A stretch of DNA of 64,000 nucleotides from a virus (taxonomy: Duplodnaviria; Heunggongvirae; Uroviricota; Caudoviricetes): IMG/VR virus record IMGVR_UViG_3300032038_000006; one strand, written 5' to 3'. Below the pieces are notes generated by a model. The model was not told the origin of the DNA, did not search any database, and saw nothing but the letters and a program-made list of their open reading frames with translations. Numbering within the stretch: position 1 is the stretch's first letter; each line of letters begins with the position of its first letter. Shown piece by piece: positions 57,052 through 64,000 of the stretch. The position numbers and the translations under genes are program-made.

Positions 57052-57237
57052 ATGGAAGATAAGTTCATTTTACTTGGTAGAGATACAATTCTCAATAAGG
57101 ACGATATAAGTTCAATACAGCTAAAAGAAACAAATATCAGGTACGTTTCAAGACGCGGGCATGAGCTGATTTCATCTTTTGAAACAGAAGAAGCGGCTCA
57201 GGCAGCATTTAAAGACCTTATAGATGCTTTTATTTAA
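57052..57237 (+). CDS. small hypothetical protein
   Basis: RBS AAAGGAG. Confidence 0.35.
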   Translation: MEDKFILLGRDTILNKDDISSIQLKETNIRYVSRRGHELISSFETEEAAQAAFKDLIDAFI

Positions 57238-57252
57238 GGAGGGCGGCGCAAT

Positions 57253-57567
57253 ATGATTATAGTAACTGAACCTATTCTCGGTCTTGATGTTGAGTATGAA
57301 ACAATCACAGAGTTTGTTAATGACTTTGTTGATGACACTTATGTTGAGGAAATGCTCAACCAAGACTTCGGGACCATTGAGCTCCCTCTTGACAGCGGTG
57401 AGTTCGGTAAAGGCTCAATTATGAGGAAGATGATAAGTGAACCAGACTGGGAGCGCATCAAGGACAACTACATTCAGTATTTCTGTGAGGAAATCGAAGA
57501 TGAACTTGACTGGAATGGCAGCGCTGAGTTCGATGACTTTATTATAAGAGAAAGTGAGGAAAAGTAA
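57253..57567 (+). CDS. acidic hypothetical protein
   Basis: RBS AAGGAGGG. Confidence 0.4.
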   Translation: MIIVTEPILGLDVEYETITEFVNDFVDDTYVEEMLNQDFGTIELPLDSGEFGKGSIMRKMISEPDWERIKDNYIQYFCEEIEDELDWNGSAEFDDFIIRESEEK

Positions 57568-57825
57568 ATGGAAGATATGAAGGTATTTCTGGTAGAAGAT
57601 TGCGATTGTGAGTATCGCGTCTTCGTTCATTTTGAAGATGCTCTCAAGTATGCAATCCAGCAGATTGAGGAGTCTAAGAATGACACTGAGACTAAGATGG
57701 AGATGTACAAGGAGCTTGTAATGTCTGTCGCTAATAGAGACGCTTCCGTATGGGGACAGGGCTTCTCAATTGATGAGTTCCTTTGGTGCTGGCGCATTGA
57801 CTTGTTTGCAGGGGAGGCTAAGTAA
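57568..57825 (+). CDS. hypothetical protein
   Basis: ORF. Confidence 0.4.
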   Translation: MEDMKVFLVEDCDCEYRVFVHFEDALKYAIQQIEESKNDTETKMEMYKELVMSVANRDASVWGQGFSIDEFLWCWRIDLFAGEAK

Positions 57826-57983
57826 TGGAAAAGGTTTATGTAGTTGAAGGACAGGGAAGAGATACTGGTGCATGGACCATACTCAACATCTTCAAAAATT
57901 ATCCCTCGGCTGTAAAGTATGCTCAGGCTATGGAGCAGGACGAATGGGTAGTCAGAATAAGAACTTGGCAGGTGAATGACTAA
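57825..57983 (+). CDS. small hypothetical protein
   Basis: Overlapping TAATG. Confidence 0.3.
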   Translation: MEKVYVVEGQGRDTGAWTILNIFKNYPSAVKYAQAMEQDEWVVRIRTWQVND

Positions 57984-58144
57984 TGTGTAACGTAATCGGA
58001 TTCAGCTCATATGACAGATTCGAGAGAGTTATCCTCGGCGGCGTTTCCTATGAGGACGCTCGAAACTTTATAGAGAGATATAGAGGGGTCTATGTTGATG
58101 CAACTGGCTTTAGCTGGTATCTTCAGATAGTCGACGCCTACTAA
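57983..58144 (+). CDS. small hypothetical protein
   Basis: Overlapping TAATG. Confidence 0.3.
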   Translation: MCNVIGFSSYDRFERVILGGVSYEDARNFIERYRGVYVDATGFSWYLQIVDAY

Positions 58145-58163
58145 GAGATAAACAAAAAGAAAT

Positions 58164-58192
58164 TTGACTTTTTTCATATTTTATGTTATAAT
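58164..58192 (+). promoter_or_regulatory. sigma70-like promoter
   Basis: TTGACT n17 TATAAT. Confidence 0.65.
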
Positions 58193-58226
58193 ATATATAG
58201 AAAATGAGGAAAGGAAATGAAAAAGA

Positions 58227-58382
58227 ATGAAAGATTTCAAGTGTACTGACTGCGGATATTTCTGGAAGGAATATCCTGAAGCGAGACCATCTTGCCATTG
58301 GGTGTCAAGATGTCCTGATGATTTTCCTCCCTGTGAAGAGGAAGAGTACGAAAACCCTGACTGTGACCCTGAGTGGGCGTAA
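58227..58382 (+). CDS. small zinc-ribbon protein
   Basis: CTDCG...C..C. Confidence 0.35.
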   Translation: MKDFKCTDCGYFWKEYPEARPSCHWVSRCPDDFPPCEEEEYENPDCDPEWA

Positions 58383-58392
58383 GGAGGATACT

Positions 58393-58674
58393 ATGACAAG
58401 AGAAAGCTTTGAAAGAGCAAAGGAACTCGATGAGAGAATCGCTGATACTAAGACAAGAGTAAATGCTCTCCTTACAAGAATGGGAGCTGGACCTTCTGGA
58501 GTAAAAGTTGACCACATTAAGCTCTCTGGCTATACTGATGAAGAGGGCGGCACCAGACTTCCTGAGAGATTCGTCGGAATCCCTGAAGAGGTCGGCGTTA
58601 AGATAGTTGCATTACTCAGAGACTATTACAGCAAGGAGCTTGCAGAGCTTCAGGCAGAATGGGAGGCACTTTAA
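58393..58674 (+). CDS. hypothetical protein
   Basis: RBS AAGGAGGA. Confidence 0.4.
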   Translation: MTRESFERAKELDERIADTKTRVNALLTRMGAGPSGVKVDHIKLSGYTDEEGGTRLPERFVGIPEEVGVKIVALLRDYYSKELAELQAEWEAL

Positions 58675-58916
58675 TGGAAAAGATAACTGAAGTTTACATC
58701 GTTCACTATGTGAACGCTTGGGAGATTGATGTCTGTGCCTCTCCTGAGGCGGCAGAACAGAAAGGTAGAAGTTACCTTCAGGAAATCGCCACTGAGTTCA
58801 CTAAGGAAGAGTTCGACCTCATAGTCGCTGAGTTTGAAAACTCTCTGAGAGAATATGAGGGCGCCTTCTCTGTTGAAGACGTAATGTGGGTTGAAATTCA
58901 GCCTCTTATCTACTAA
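58674..58916 (+). CDS. hypothetical protein
   Basis: ORF. Confidence 0.4.
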   Translation: MEKITEVYIVHYVNAWEIDVCASPEAAEQKGRSYLQEIATEFTKEEFDLIVAEFENSLREYEGAFSVEDVMWVEIQPLIY

Positions 58917-58935
58917 GAAAGAACAAAAGAAAAAT

Positions 58936-58964
58936 TTGACTTTTTTTATAAAATATGATATAAT
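58936..58964 (+). promoter_or_regulatory. sigma70-like promoter ahead of the 450-nt ORF-free region
   Basis: TTGACT n17 TATAAT. Confidence 0.65.
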
Positions 58965-59439
58965 ATTTATAGAAAAGGTTGAGGAAAGAAAATAAAAAGC
59001 GGTACACGGTTCGGTACGGTTTCTGAGTTCTCCGCTATATAAATGTGAAGTAATTGTAACCGATTGACATAGACCAGCCTTAGGTTGCTTGAGATACAGC
59101 AGGGGTAGGGCATCGCAGATGAGCGTGTGTGGTTGGGAAGAGACGAAATCCGCTGACCACTAAAGTTCTCCGACTGCAAGAGGTACGGCGGCAGAACTGA
59201 AAGGCGATTAATAAATTGACGGGGCAGCGGCTTTTAGGAGAATTTTCCTGCGTTTAGTGGAAAACAACCTTTCTACCTTTGGTTGACGGTGACTGGATAG
59301 TGGAACCGTTACCTCACTTTTAAATGGGGATTGGCAGAGGTCAGTATCTCGGGGAGTGTTTCAATGGAAATCTCCTGAGCCGCCGTTGAAAGAAACGGTC
59401 GAAGCGGGTTCCAACTCCCGTAGTCTCCACCAATTAAAT

Positions 59440-59516
59440 GTGGTTATGATGCAACTGGCAGACATCTTCGGCTAAGAACCGAAGTCTTGAGAGTTCGAAT
59501 CTCTCTAACCGCACCA
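59440..59516 (+). tRNA. tRNA with anticodon AAG in a type I body
   Basis: Stem CTTCGG/CCGAAG; loop CTAAGAA. Confidence 0.5.
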
Positions 59517-59518
59517 AT

Positions 59519-59593
59519 GTCTCAGTCGTTCAACGGATAGGACAGTGACCTCCTAAGTCGCTGATGTGGGTTCGATTCCCGCTTGGGACACCA
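59519..59593 (+). tRNA. tRNA-Arg(CCT)
   Basis: Loop CTCCTAA. Confidence 0.7.
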
Positions 59594-59602
59594 ATAAAAA
59601 AT

Positions 59603-59631
59603 TTGACATTTTTTATAAAATATGATATAAT
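59603..59631 (+). promoter_or_regulatory. sigma70-like promoter
   Basis: TTGACA n17 TATAAT. Confidence 0.65.
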
Positions 59632-59727
59632 ATATATAGAAAATGAGAGATAAGAAAAAAAACAAAAATCTCATTTCTATGCGGCTGAGCTGTTAGCAAA
59701 GAGGTTCGTCGCCAAACAGCTATTAAT

Positions 59728-59803
59728 CGGTGTGAAGCTCAATTGGCTGAGCAGCTGACTCTTAATCAGTAGGGTGTGGGTTCGAGTCCCATCACACCGA
59801 CCA
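59728..59803 (+). tRNA. tRNA-Lys(CTT) second copy
   Basis: Loop CTCTTAA. Confidence 0.7.
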
Positions 59804-60092
59804 ATCTTCTGGAGCGACAGGAAGTAAAAATCAGGTCGGCGGCTCTTCTTCGGGGTGCCTTAAAATACGAAGAAACGCAAACTCCGCTGGCGTTGTAAAA
59901 GGGGACACGCAGTTGTTATCTGCCTTCGCGGTATAGTTATCCGTAGGGAATGTTCTTCGCCCTGACTGACCTTCGAAAGGTAAGCGGTTGGCATACGAGA
60001 TGTGCCCGTTCATCCCCCACCGAGTGAGAACGTGAAACTAATAATGGGGTTGCTGAGCCGTCAGCAATGAGGTTGGTCGCCAACGGTATTAA

Positions 60093-60167
60093 TCGCCCCT
60101 TAGGCAAGTGGTTAAGCCGTCAGATTCTCAGTCTGAAGACGAGGGTTCGACTCCCTCAGGGGTGACC
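60093..60167 (+). tRNA. tRNA-Glu(CTC) second copy
   Basis: Loop TTCTCAG. Confidence 0.55.
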
Positions 60168-60519
60168 AGCAAGACTCCATAACAGCAAACCAGAGAGGAA
60201 ACTCATAGCAAGTCAGAGCCATAGCGGGGCGGCAGGAGAGCAAACGGTATTAGTTCCTGCTTGCTAAACTCTTAGCTGATGATACCGATGGAGCAGGTCT
60301 TATCCTTGGCACCTAAAGAGCAAAGGACGGAATGCGTCGCTCGAAACCGCGACCGCAACCGAGTGTTTGCGATTAAAGAACAGGTACCACTGGCAGAAGG
60401 GGCATCATAAGTCCTTTAATAAGGCGAAAGTAATTCCAGTGATGTCGGTGCCCTGTTCACACTCATTAATATTTTTAATTTATTCACAAAAAATTTACAG
60501 AATATTCACAAAAAAATAC

Positions 60520-60548
60520 TTGATTTTTTTCAAAAAATATGTTATAAT
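60520..60548 (+). promoter_or_regulatory. sigma70-like promoter (-35 TTGATT) preceded by two TTCACAAAAAA direct repeats
   Basis: TTGATT n17 TATAAT. Confidence 0.55.
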
Positions 60549-60580
60549 ATATATAGAAAAAAAATAAAAAAGAAATAAAT

Positions 60581-60672
60581 GTCGAGGTCACTCAGTGGGG
60601 AAGAGTAACAGTCCAGAAAACTGTCGCTCCTCGAAAGGGGAGCTGAGGGTTCGAATCCCTCTCTCGACGCCA
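60581..60672 (+). tRNA. tRNA-Ser(AGA), type II
   Basis: Loop CCAGAAA; long variable arm; A34. Confidence 0.6.
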
Positions 60673-60738
60673 ACCACGAAAAGTGGAAACCAAATCTATA
60701 TGCACCTACTGCACAGTGTAGGAGAAACGAGGTTCGTA

Positions 60739-61134
60739 ATGAGTATAATGCATTTTGAAGTATCAAAGGATATGACACCCACCAAAATCAAGAACGCGGC
60801 TAAGGCTCGACTTCAGGAACTTTTCATTGAGTTTCTTAAGAATGAGTTCGGCGATGAGAACGTTGCAATGATACAGACAGGCACAGCAACATCTCCTAAG
60901 AGAGAAATCGGCTTCATCTGTGGTGACGTTAAGCTTGAGAACGGCGAAATCGTTCCTCTTGTAGCTTCTGATAATCCTACTTGCAAGGAGTTCAATGAGC
61001 ACAAGACAGATAAGGGTAAGTTCGTTCCTGCGTTCGACTTCGGTGCGGCATCTGATGCTTATGCAGCTTGGGCTGCAGGCAAGGCAGAGAAGGAAGCCGA
61101 GAAGGAAGCAAATAAGGCAAAGAACGCTAAGTGA
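60739..61134 (+). CDS. abundant-looking hypothetical protein (host-type codon usage)
   Basis: RBS GGAGAAACGAGG plus ATG. Confidence 0.45.
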   Translation: MSIMHFEVSKDMTPTKIKNAAKARLQELFIEFLKNEFGDENVAMIQTGTATSPKREIGFICGDVKLENGEIVPLVASDNPTCKEFNEHKTDKGKFVPAFDFGAASDAYAAWAAGKAEKEAEKEANKAKNAK

Positions 61135-61224
61135 TGCGGGGAGGGCTTTAGGAGCGAACCTCATTAAAAACTCCTATTAACATATAAAGTTATTAACCTG
61201 TTCCATTTGAGAGGAGAATGCTTA

Positions 61225-61362
61225 ATGGCTAAAAGAAACATCAATCAGTTCGTAACCCTCACAGCTTCCAGTAAGACTGTTGAGAAGTGGGATAATGAAG
61301 TTCGCAAGGCGGCTTCGGAAAAGCGTAAGGCTTCTCCCAAAGGCGAGAAAGGTAAGAGGTGA
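61225..61362 (+). CDS. small basic protein
   Basis: RBS GAGGAGAA. Confidence 0.3.
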   Translation: MAKRNINQFVTLTASSKTVEKWDNEVRKAASEKRKASPKGEKGKR

Positions 61363-61432
61363 GCATAATGCTCACCATTAATTCGCCACCGTAAAATCAG
61401 CGTCGCGGCACAGCCGCAGGAAAGAGGTTAAA

Positions 61433-61792
61433 ATGGAAAATGAAAAGACAGTAATCGACTTCACTGGTATGTCCACCTCTCAGGTCTACAAAGAGGTCCG
61501 TAAGAGACTTACAGAGGACTTCCTCGAATTTATGTCTCAGAAGTATGAGAGAGCAGTTCGTCTCAGCAATACAGAAGTTGCTGTTGTCCTCGGTTTTATA
61601 AACGACGAGGACGGTTTCCCTCACGATGTCTGCGGTATCTGTAAGGCACAGTCTAAAGCTTACTACTCTAAGGATACTGATGACAAGGGTAATGCTCTCA
61701 AGAGAGAGGTTAAGGAATTTAACATTGACGATGAGCTTGATGCCGCAATCCTTGAGACAAAGGCAAATCAGAAGGGCGTTCCTAAGAAGTAA
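61433..61792 (+). CDS. hypothetical protein
   Basis: RBS; followed by a terminator. Confidence 0.45.
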   Translation: MENEKTVIDFTGMSTSQVYKEVRKRLTEDFLEFMSQKYERAVRLSNTEVAVVLGFINDEDGFPHDVCGICKAQSKAYYSKDTDDKGNALKREVKEFNIDDELDAAILETKANQKGVPKK

Positions 61793-61810
61793 CAAACAAT
61801 GATATGAATA

Positions 61811-61840
61811 GCGGGGCGGTACAATCCGCCCTTTCTTGCT
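61811..61840 (+). terminator. rho-independent terminator
   Basis: GGGCGG..CCGCCC followed by a T-rich run. Confidence 0.55.
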
Positions 61841-61851
61841 CTAATAAAAAT

Positions 61852-61880
61852 TTGACTTTCAATATAAATTATGGTATAAT
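61852..61880 (+). promoter_or_regulatory. sigma70-like promoter
   Basis: TTGACT n17 TATAAT. Confidence 0.65.
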
Positions 61881-61904
61881 ATATATAGAAAGTTAAGGAA
61901 AGGA

Positions 61905-62264
61905 ATGATGTTAATGTTAACAGCAACACAGATAGTAGAGATGGTAAGTACCTTATATACTGACCACGGCGAAACAATTTCAATCGACAGCGATGAAGAC
62001 CTCTCCACTTACTTCGATACTGAAATAATTACTCTTATCGAAAGCGGTGAGTTAAAGCCTGACTATTCTTATGGCAATTGCGTAGAGTACACAGTAGAGT
62101 CAATCTGCTATGCTCTTTGCGACAAGTACGGCTATAATGTTAAGGACTACGCTGAAGATAATGTCTTCGAGAGCCCTGGCTTAGACGTTCACGTTATGAG
62201 CGTCGCCATTGATGACGAAACAGAAGTCATCACATCATTCCACAATGTGTACTACTGGGGGTAA
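61905..62264 (+). CDS. hypothetical protein
   Basis: RBS AAGGAAAGGA. Confidence 0.4.
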   Translation: MMLMLTATQIVEMVSTLYTDHGETISIDSDEDLSTYFDTEIITLIESGELKPDYSYGNCVEYTVESICYALCDKYGYNVKDYAEDNVFESPGLDVHVMSVAIDDETEVITSFHNVYYWG

Positions 62265-62268
62265 GAAA

Positions 62269-62451
62269 ATGGAAGAGCGTTATTGTGAAGTAATGGGACG
62301 CAGCCGTGAGTATCCTGACGAAGATGTAATTCTTCTCTTTAGCGGCTCCGAAAGCGAATGTGAAGCCTATTTCCTTCGTAACGGGGGCGTTTATCAGGAA
62401 GGCACAATGGTCTATGATATGGAAATATGGGAAGTAGAGGAGGACGTCTAA
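62269..62451 (+). CDS. small hypothetical protein
   Basis: ORF. Confidence 0.35.
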   Translation: MEERYCEVMGRSREYPDEDVILLFSGSESECEAYFLRNGGVYQEGTMVYDMEIWEVEEDV

Positions 62452-62798
62452 TGGAAAGAACAGTATATATGGTATCAAAAGTCCAGAACGGATATATCGA
62501 CGGTCACACTTATAAGGTCTTCGTAGACTATAAGCGTGCGGTCACAGAATTCAAGTCCTTGCTCGGCGAAGTAATGCTTGAGAGCTTCAGAGAAAACCCT
62601 ACCGATGGAAACATTTGGGACGTACTTACTCACTGGTACGATATGACAATGATAAGTTCTTTCGGTGATGTCGAGACAGCTGACATAAAAATCCCTCTTG
62701 ACTCTCAGGAGTTCAAGAACACATACGGAGGCTGTATAGTCGTATGGCTTTCCGATGAGGATTACTTCCAGCTCAGAGCAATCGAGGAGGTATCCTAA
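62451..62798 (+). CDS. hypothetical protein
   Basis: ORF. Confidence 0.4.
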   Translation: MERTVYMVSKVQNGYIDGHTYKVFVDYKRAVTEFKSLLGEVMLESFRENPTDGNIWDVLTHWYDMTMISSFGDVETADIKIPLDSQEFKNTYGGCIVVWLSDEDYFQLRAIEEVS

Positions 62799-63313
62799 TG
62801 GAAAAAGTCTGGATAGTTGATGACGAATATGGTCACGCTATAAAGGTCTTCTACGACGAGGAAAACGTAATCGAATATATCTTATCTCGTATATATGACG
62901 ACGCTGATGGTAAGGTTGATGACTTCTTAACAGAGAAGGAAGCCCTTTACTGCTCCTATGACGAATATTATAAGGGCGGCACAAACTCCTTTGGTACTGA
63001 AATCTATACAGCAACTCTAATGGAGGTGTCAGACAGTGACGCTAATCGAGAAGATGAAGTTAATACTGAAAACGAATACGGAGCCAGAACTACTACTATC
63101 AGACGAGGAACTCCAAACTTACCAACGACTCTCAGGCGCTCCCGCCGTCAGACGTTTTTACAACTCGCCACGACAAAGGGAACTTTGTCTGTACCTGTTT
63201 CTTTTGGAAAGAGCAATAAGCGAGATGCAGATAGCGGAGAAAGCAAACGAAGCGGTAACCGAGTCCCTAAAGTACGAGCTGCAAACGCTCAAAACGGAAA
63301 ACGCCGTCCTTAA
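62798..63313 (+). CDS. hypothetical protein; the 3' third overlaps 63036..63383 and is probably not genuinely coding to its end
   Basis: ORF extended by the lack of TAG stops. Confidence 0.35.
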   Translation: MEKVWIVDDEYGHAIKVFYDEENVIEYILSRIYDDADGKVDDFLTEKEALYCSYDEYYKGGTNSFGTEIYTATLMEVSDSDANREDEVNTENEYGARTTTIRRGTPNLPTTLRRSRRQTFLQLATTKGTLSVPVSFGKSNKRDADSGESKRSGNRVPKVRAANAQNGKRRP

Positions 63314-63383
63314 ACGCCAGTTACAACACTACGAACAAATGGCAGGGCGGCACGAAGAAGACTTCAACTCACAATTTGATTAA
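63036..63383 (+). CDS. coiled-coil hypothetical protein (GTG start, GGAGGTG RBS)
   Basis: RBS 7 nt upstream of GTG. Confidence 0.4.
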   Translation: MTLIEKMKLILKTNTEPELLLSDEELQTYQRLSGAPAVRRFYNSPRQRELCLYLFLLERAISEMQIAEKANEAVTESLKYELQTLKTENAVLKRQLQHYEQMAGRHEEDFNSQFD

Positions 63384-63388
63384 AACTT

Positions 63389-63432
63389 AAGGAGGGCGGC
63401 ACCAAGACCACGGCGTTTGTCCTCCTTTATTA
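63389..63432 (+). terminator. rho-independent terminator before the terminal repeat array
   Basis: AAGGAGG..CCTCCTT followed by a T-rich run. Confidence 0.5.
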
Positions 63433-63579
63433 TAATTATATCATTATAATTATACGGGGTCTGAAAATTTTATAAGGACCTATATACTCCCAACACTTAA
63501 ATAACGATTAAGGGAGAACTATTATATATAATTATAATATTAATATAATAATATAATTATAATAATATAATTATAATAA

Positions 63580-64000
63580 TAGGGGAGTCTATAATTTTTA
63601 AATAATAAAGAAACCAATAGCAGACAGCGAATCCAGTATAAGGGGAGCATTACATTGAACGATTAGGAAGAACAATATAATTAAATATTATAATAAAATA
63701 GCAGATAGACAGCAGAACAATAAGGGGAGCTATACTAAAGGATTAGAAAAGGGGAGCCAAACCTAAAAATTATCAGAGGGCGGCACAACAATTAAGGAAA
63801 GAAAAGAGACGTCAGTAAAGGGAGAGTAATAAAAGGGGAGCAATATAATTATATAATAATAATAATAGGGGAGCAGTAAAAGAGAAATAGTAAAAGGGGA
63901 GCAATAACTGGGAAGCCTATAAAAGGGGAGCCTATAATCTTAAATTATAAAAAGGGGAGGGGTAATTGCCCCAATAATAAGGGGAGCCTATAATAATCCC
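63580..64000 (+). repeat. AT-rich array of about 11 direct repeats with core AAGGGGAGC, several followed by CTATAAT, phased at 28-29 bp in the last six copies; no ORF
   Basis: Copies near 63583, 63641, 63723, 63751, 63834, 63866, 63895, 63924, 63953, 63981. Confidence 0.6.

Noticed and set aside
58985-59430. Second tmRNA
   Set aside because: Shares a short motif with the tmRNA and ends in T-arm plus CCACCA, but no 5' partner for the acceptor and no tag-like ORF ending in hydrophobic residues.
63580-64000. CRISPR array
   Set aside because: Repeat core is only about 9-11 nt with variable spacing early in the array, no cas genes, and an AT-rich context. It fits iterons or a promoter array better.

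Overview
Phage-like genomic segment of about 40% GC with 100+ short genes, all on the + strand. 39 near-identical sigma70-type promoters (TTGACT/A-17-TATAAT) are scattered through it, several of them sharing a hairpin with the upstream terminator, together with strong AAGGAGG RBSs, which points to a low-GC Gram-positive host. There are two large tRNA arrays (15.7-21.4 kb and 51.0-60.7 kb) holding roughly 48 tRNA or tRNA-like genes, plus a tmRNA gene under a phage promoter at 47.8 kb. In-frame TAG codons interrupt many otherwise continuous, well-supported genes (ThyX, a P-loop kinase, GIY-YIG nucleases, a glycoside hydrolase and others). No confidently called gene ends in TAG, and two tandem tRNA(CUA) genes are present, so TAG appears to be read as a sense codon; TAA and TGA remain stops. 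Recognisable functions include a T4-like RNA repair set (Rnl1, Rnl2, a Pnk-HD kinase/phosphatase, a Pol-beta nucleotidyltransferase, a macro domain and two metallophosphoesterases), a TROVE-like/vWA (Ro60-like) protein next to a 600-nt ORF-free region, ThyX, a 5'-nucleotidase, a UvrD-like helicase, a radical SAM enzyme, a SAM methyltransferase, a flotillin/SPFH protein, a secreted SleB-like hydrolase and three GIY-YIG homing endonucleases. One tRNA gene is split by a roughly 770-nt insertion carrying a nuclease ORF. The heptamer GGCGGCA(C) is strongly over-represented and strand-biased in both coding and non-coding DNA. The window ends in an AT-rich array of about 11 AAGGGGAGC repeats with 29-bp phasing.
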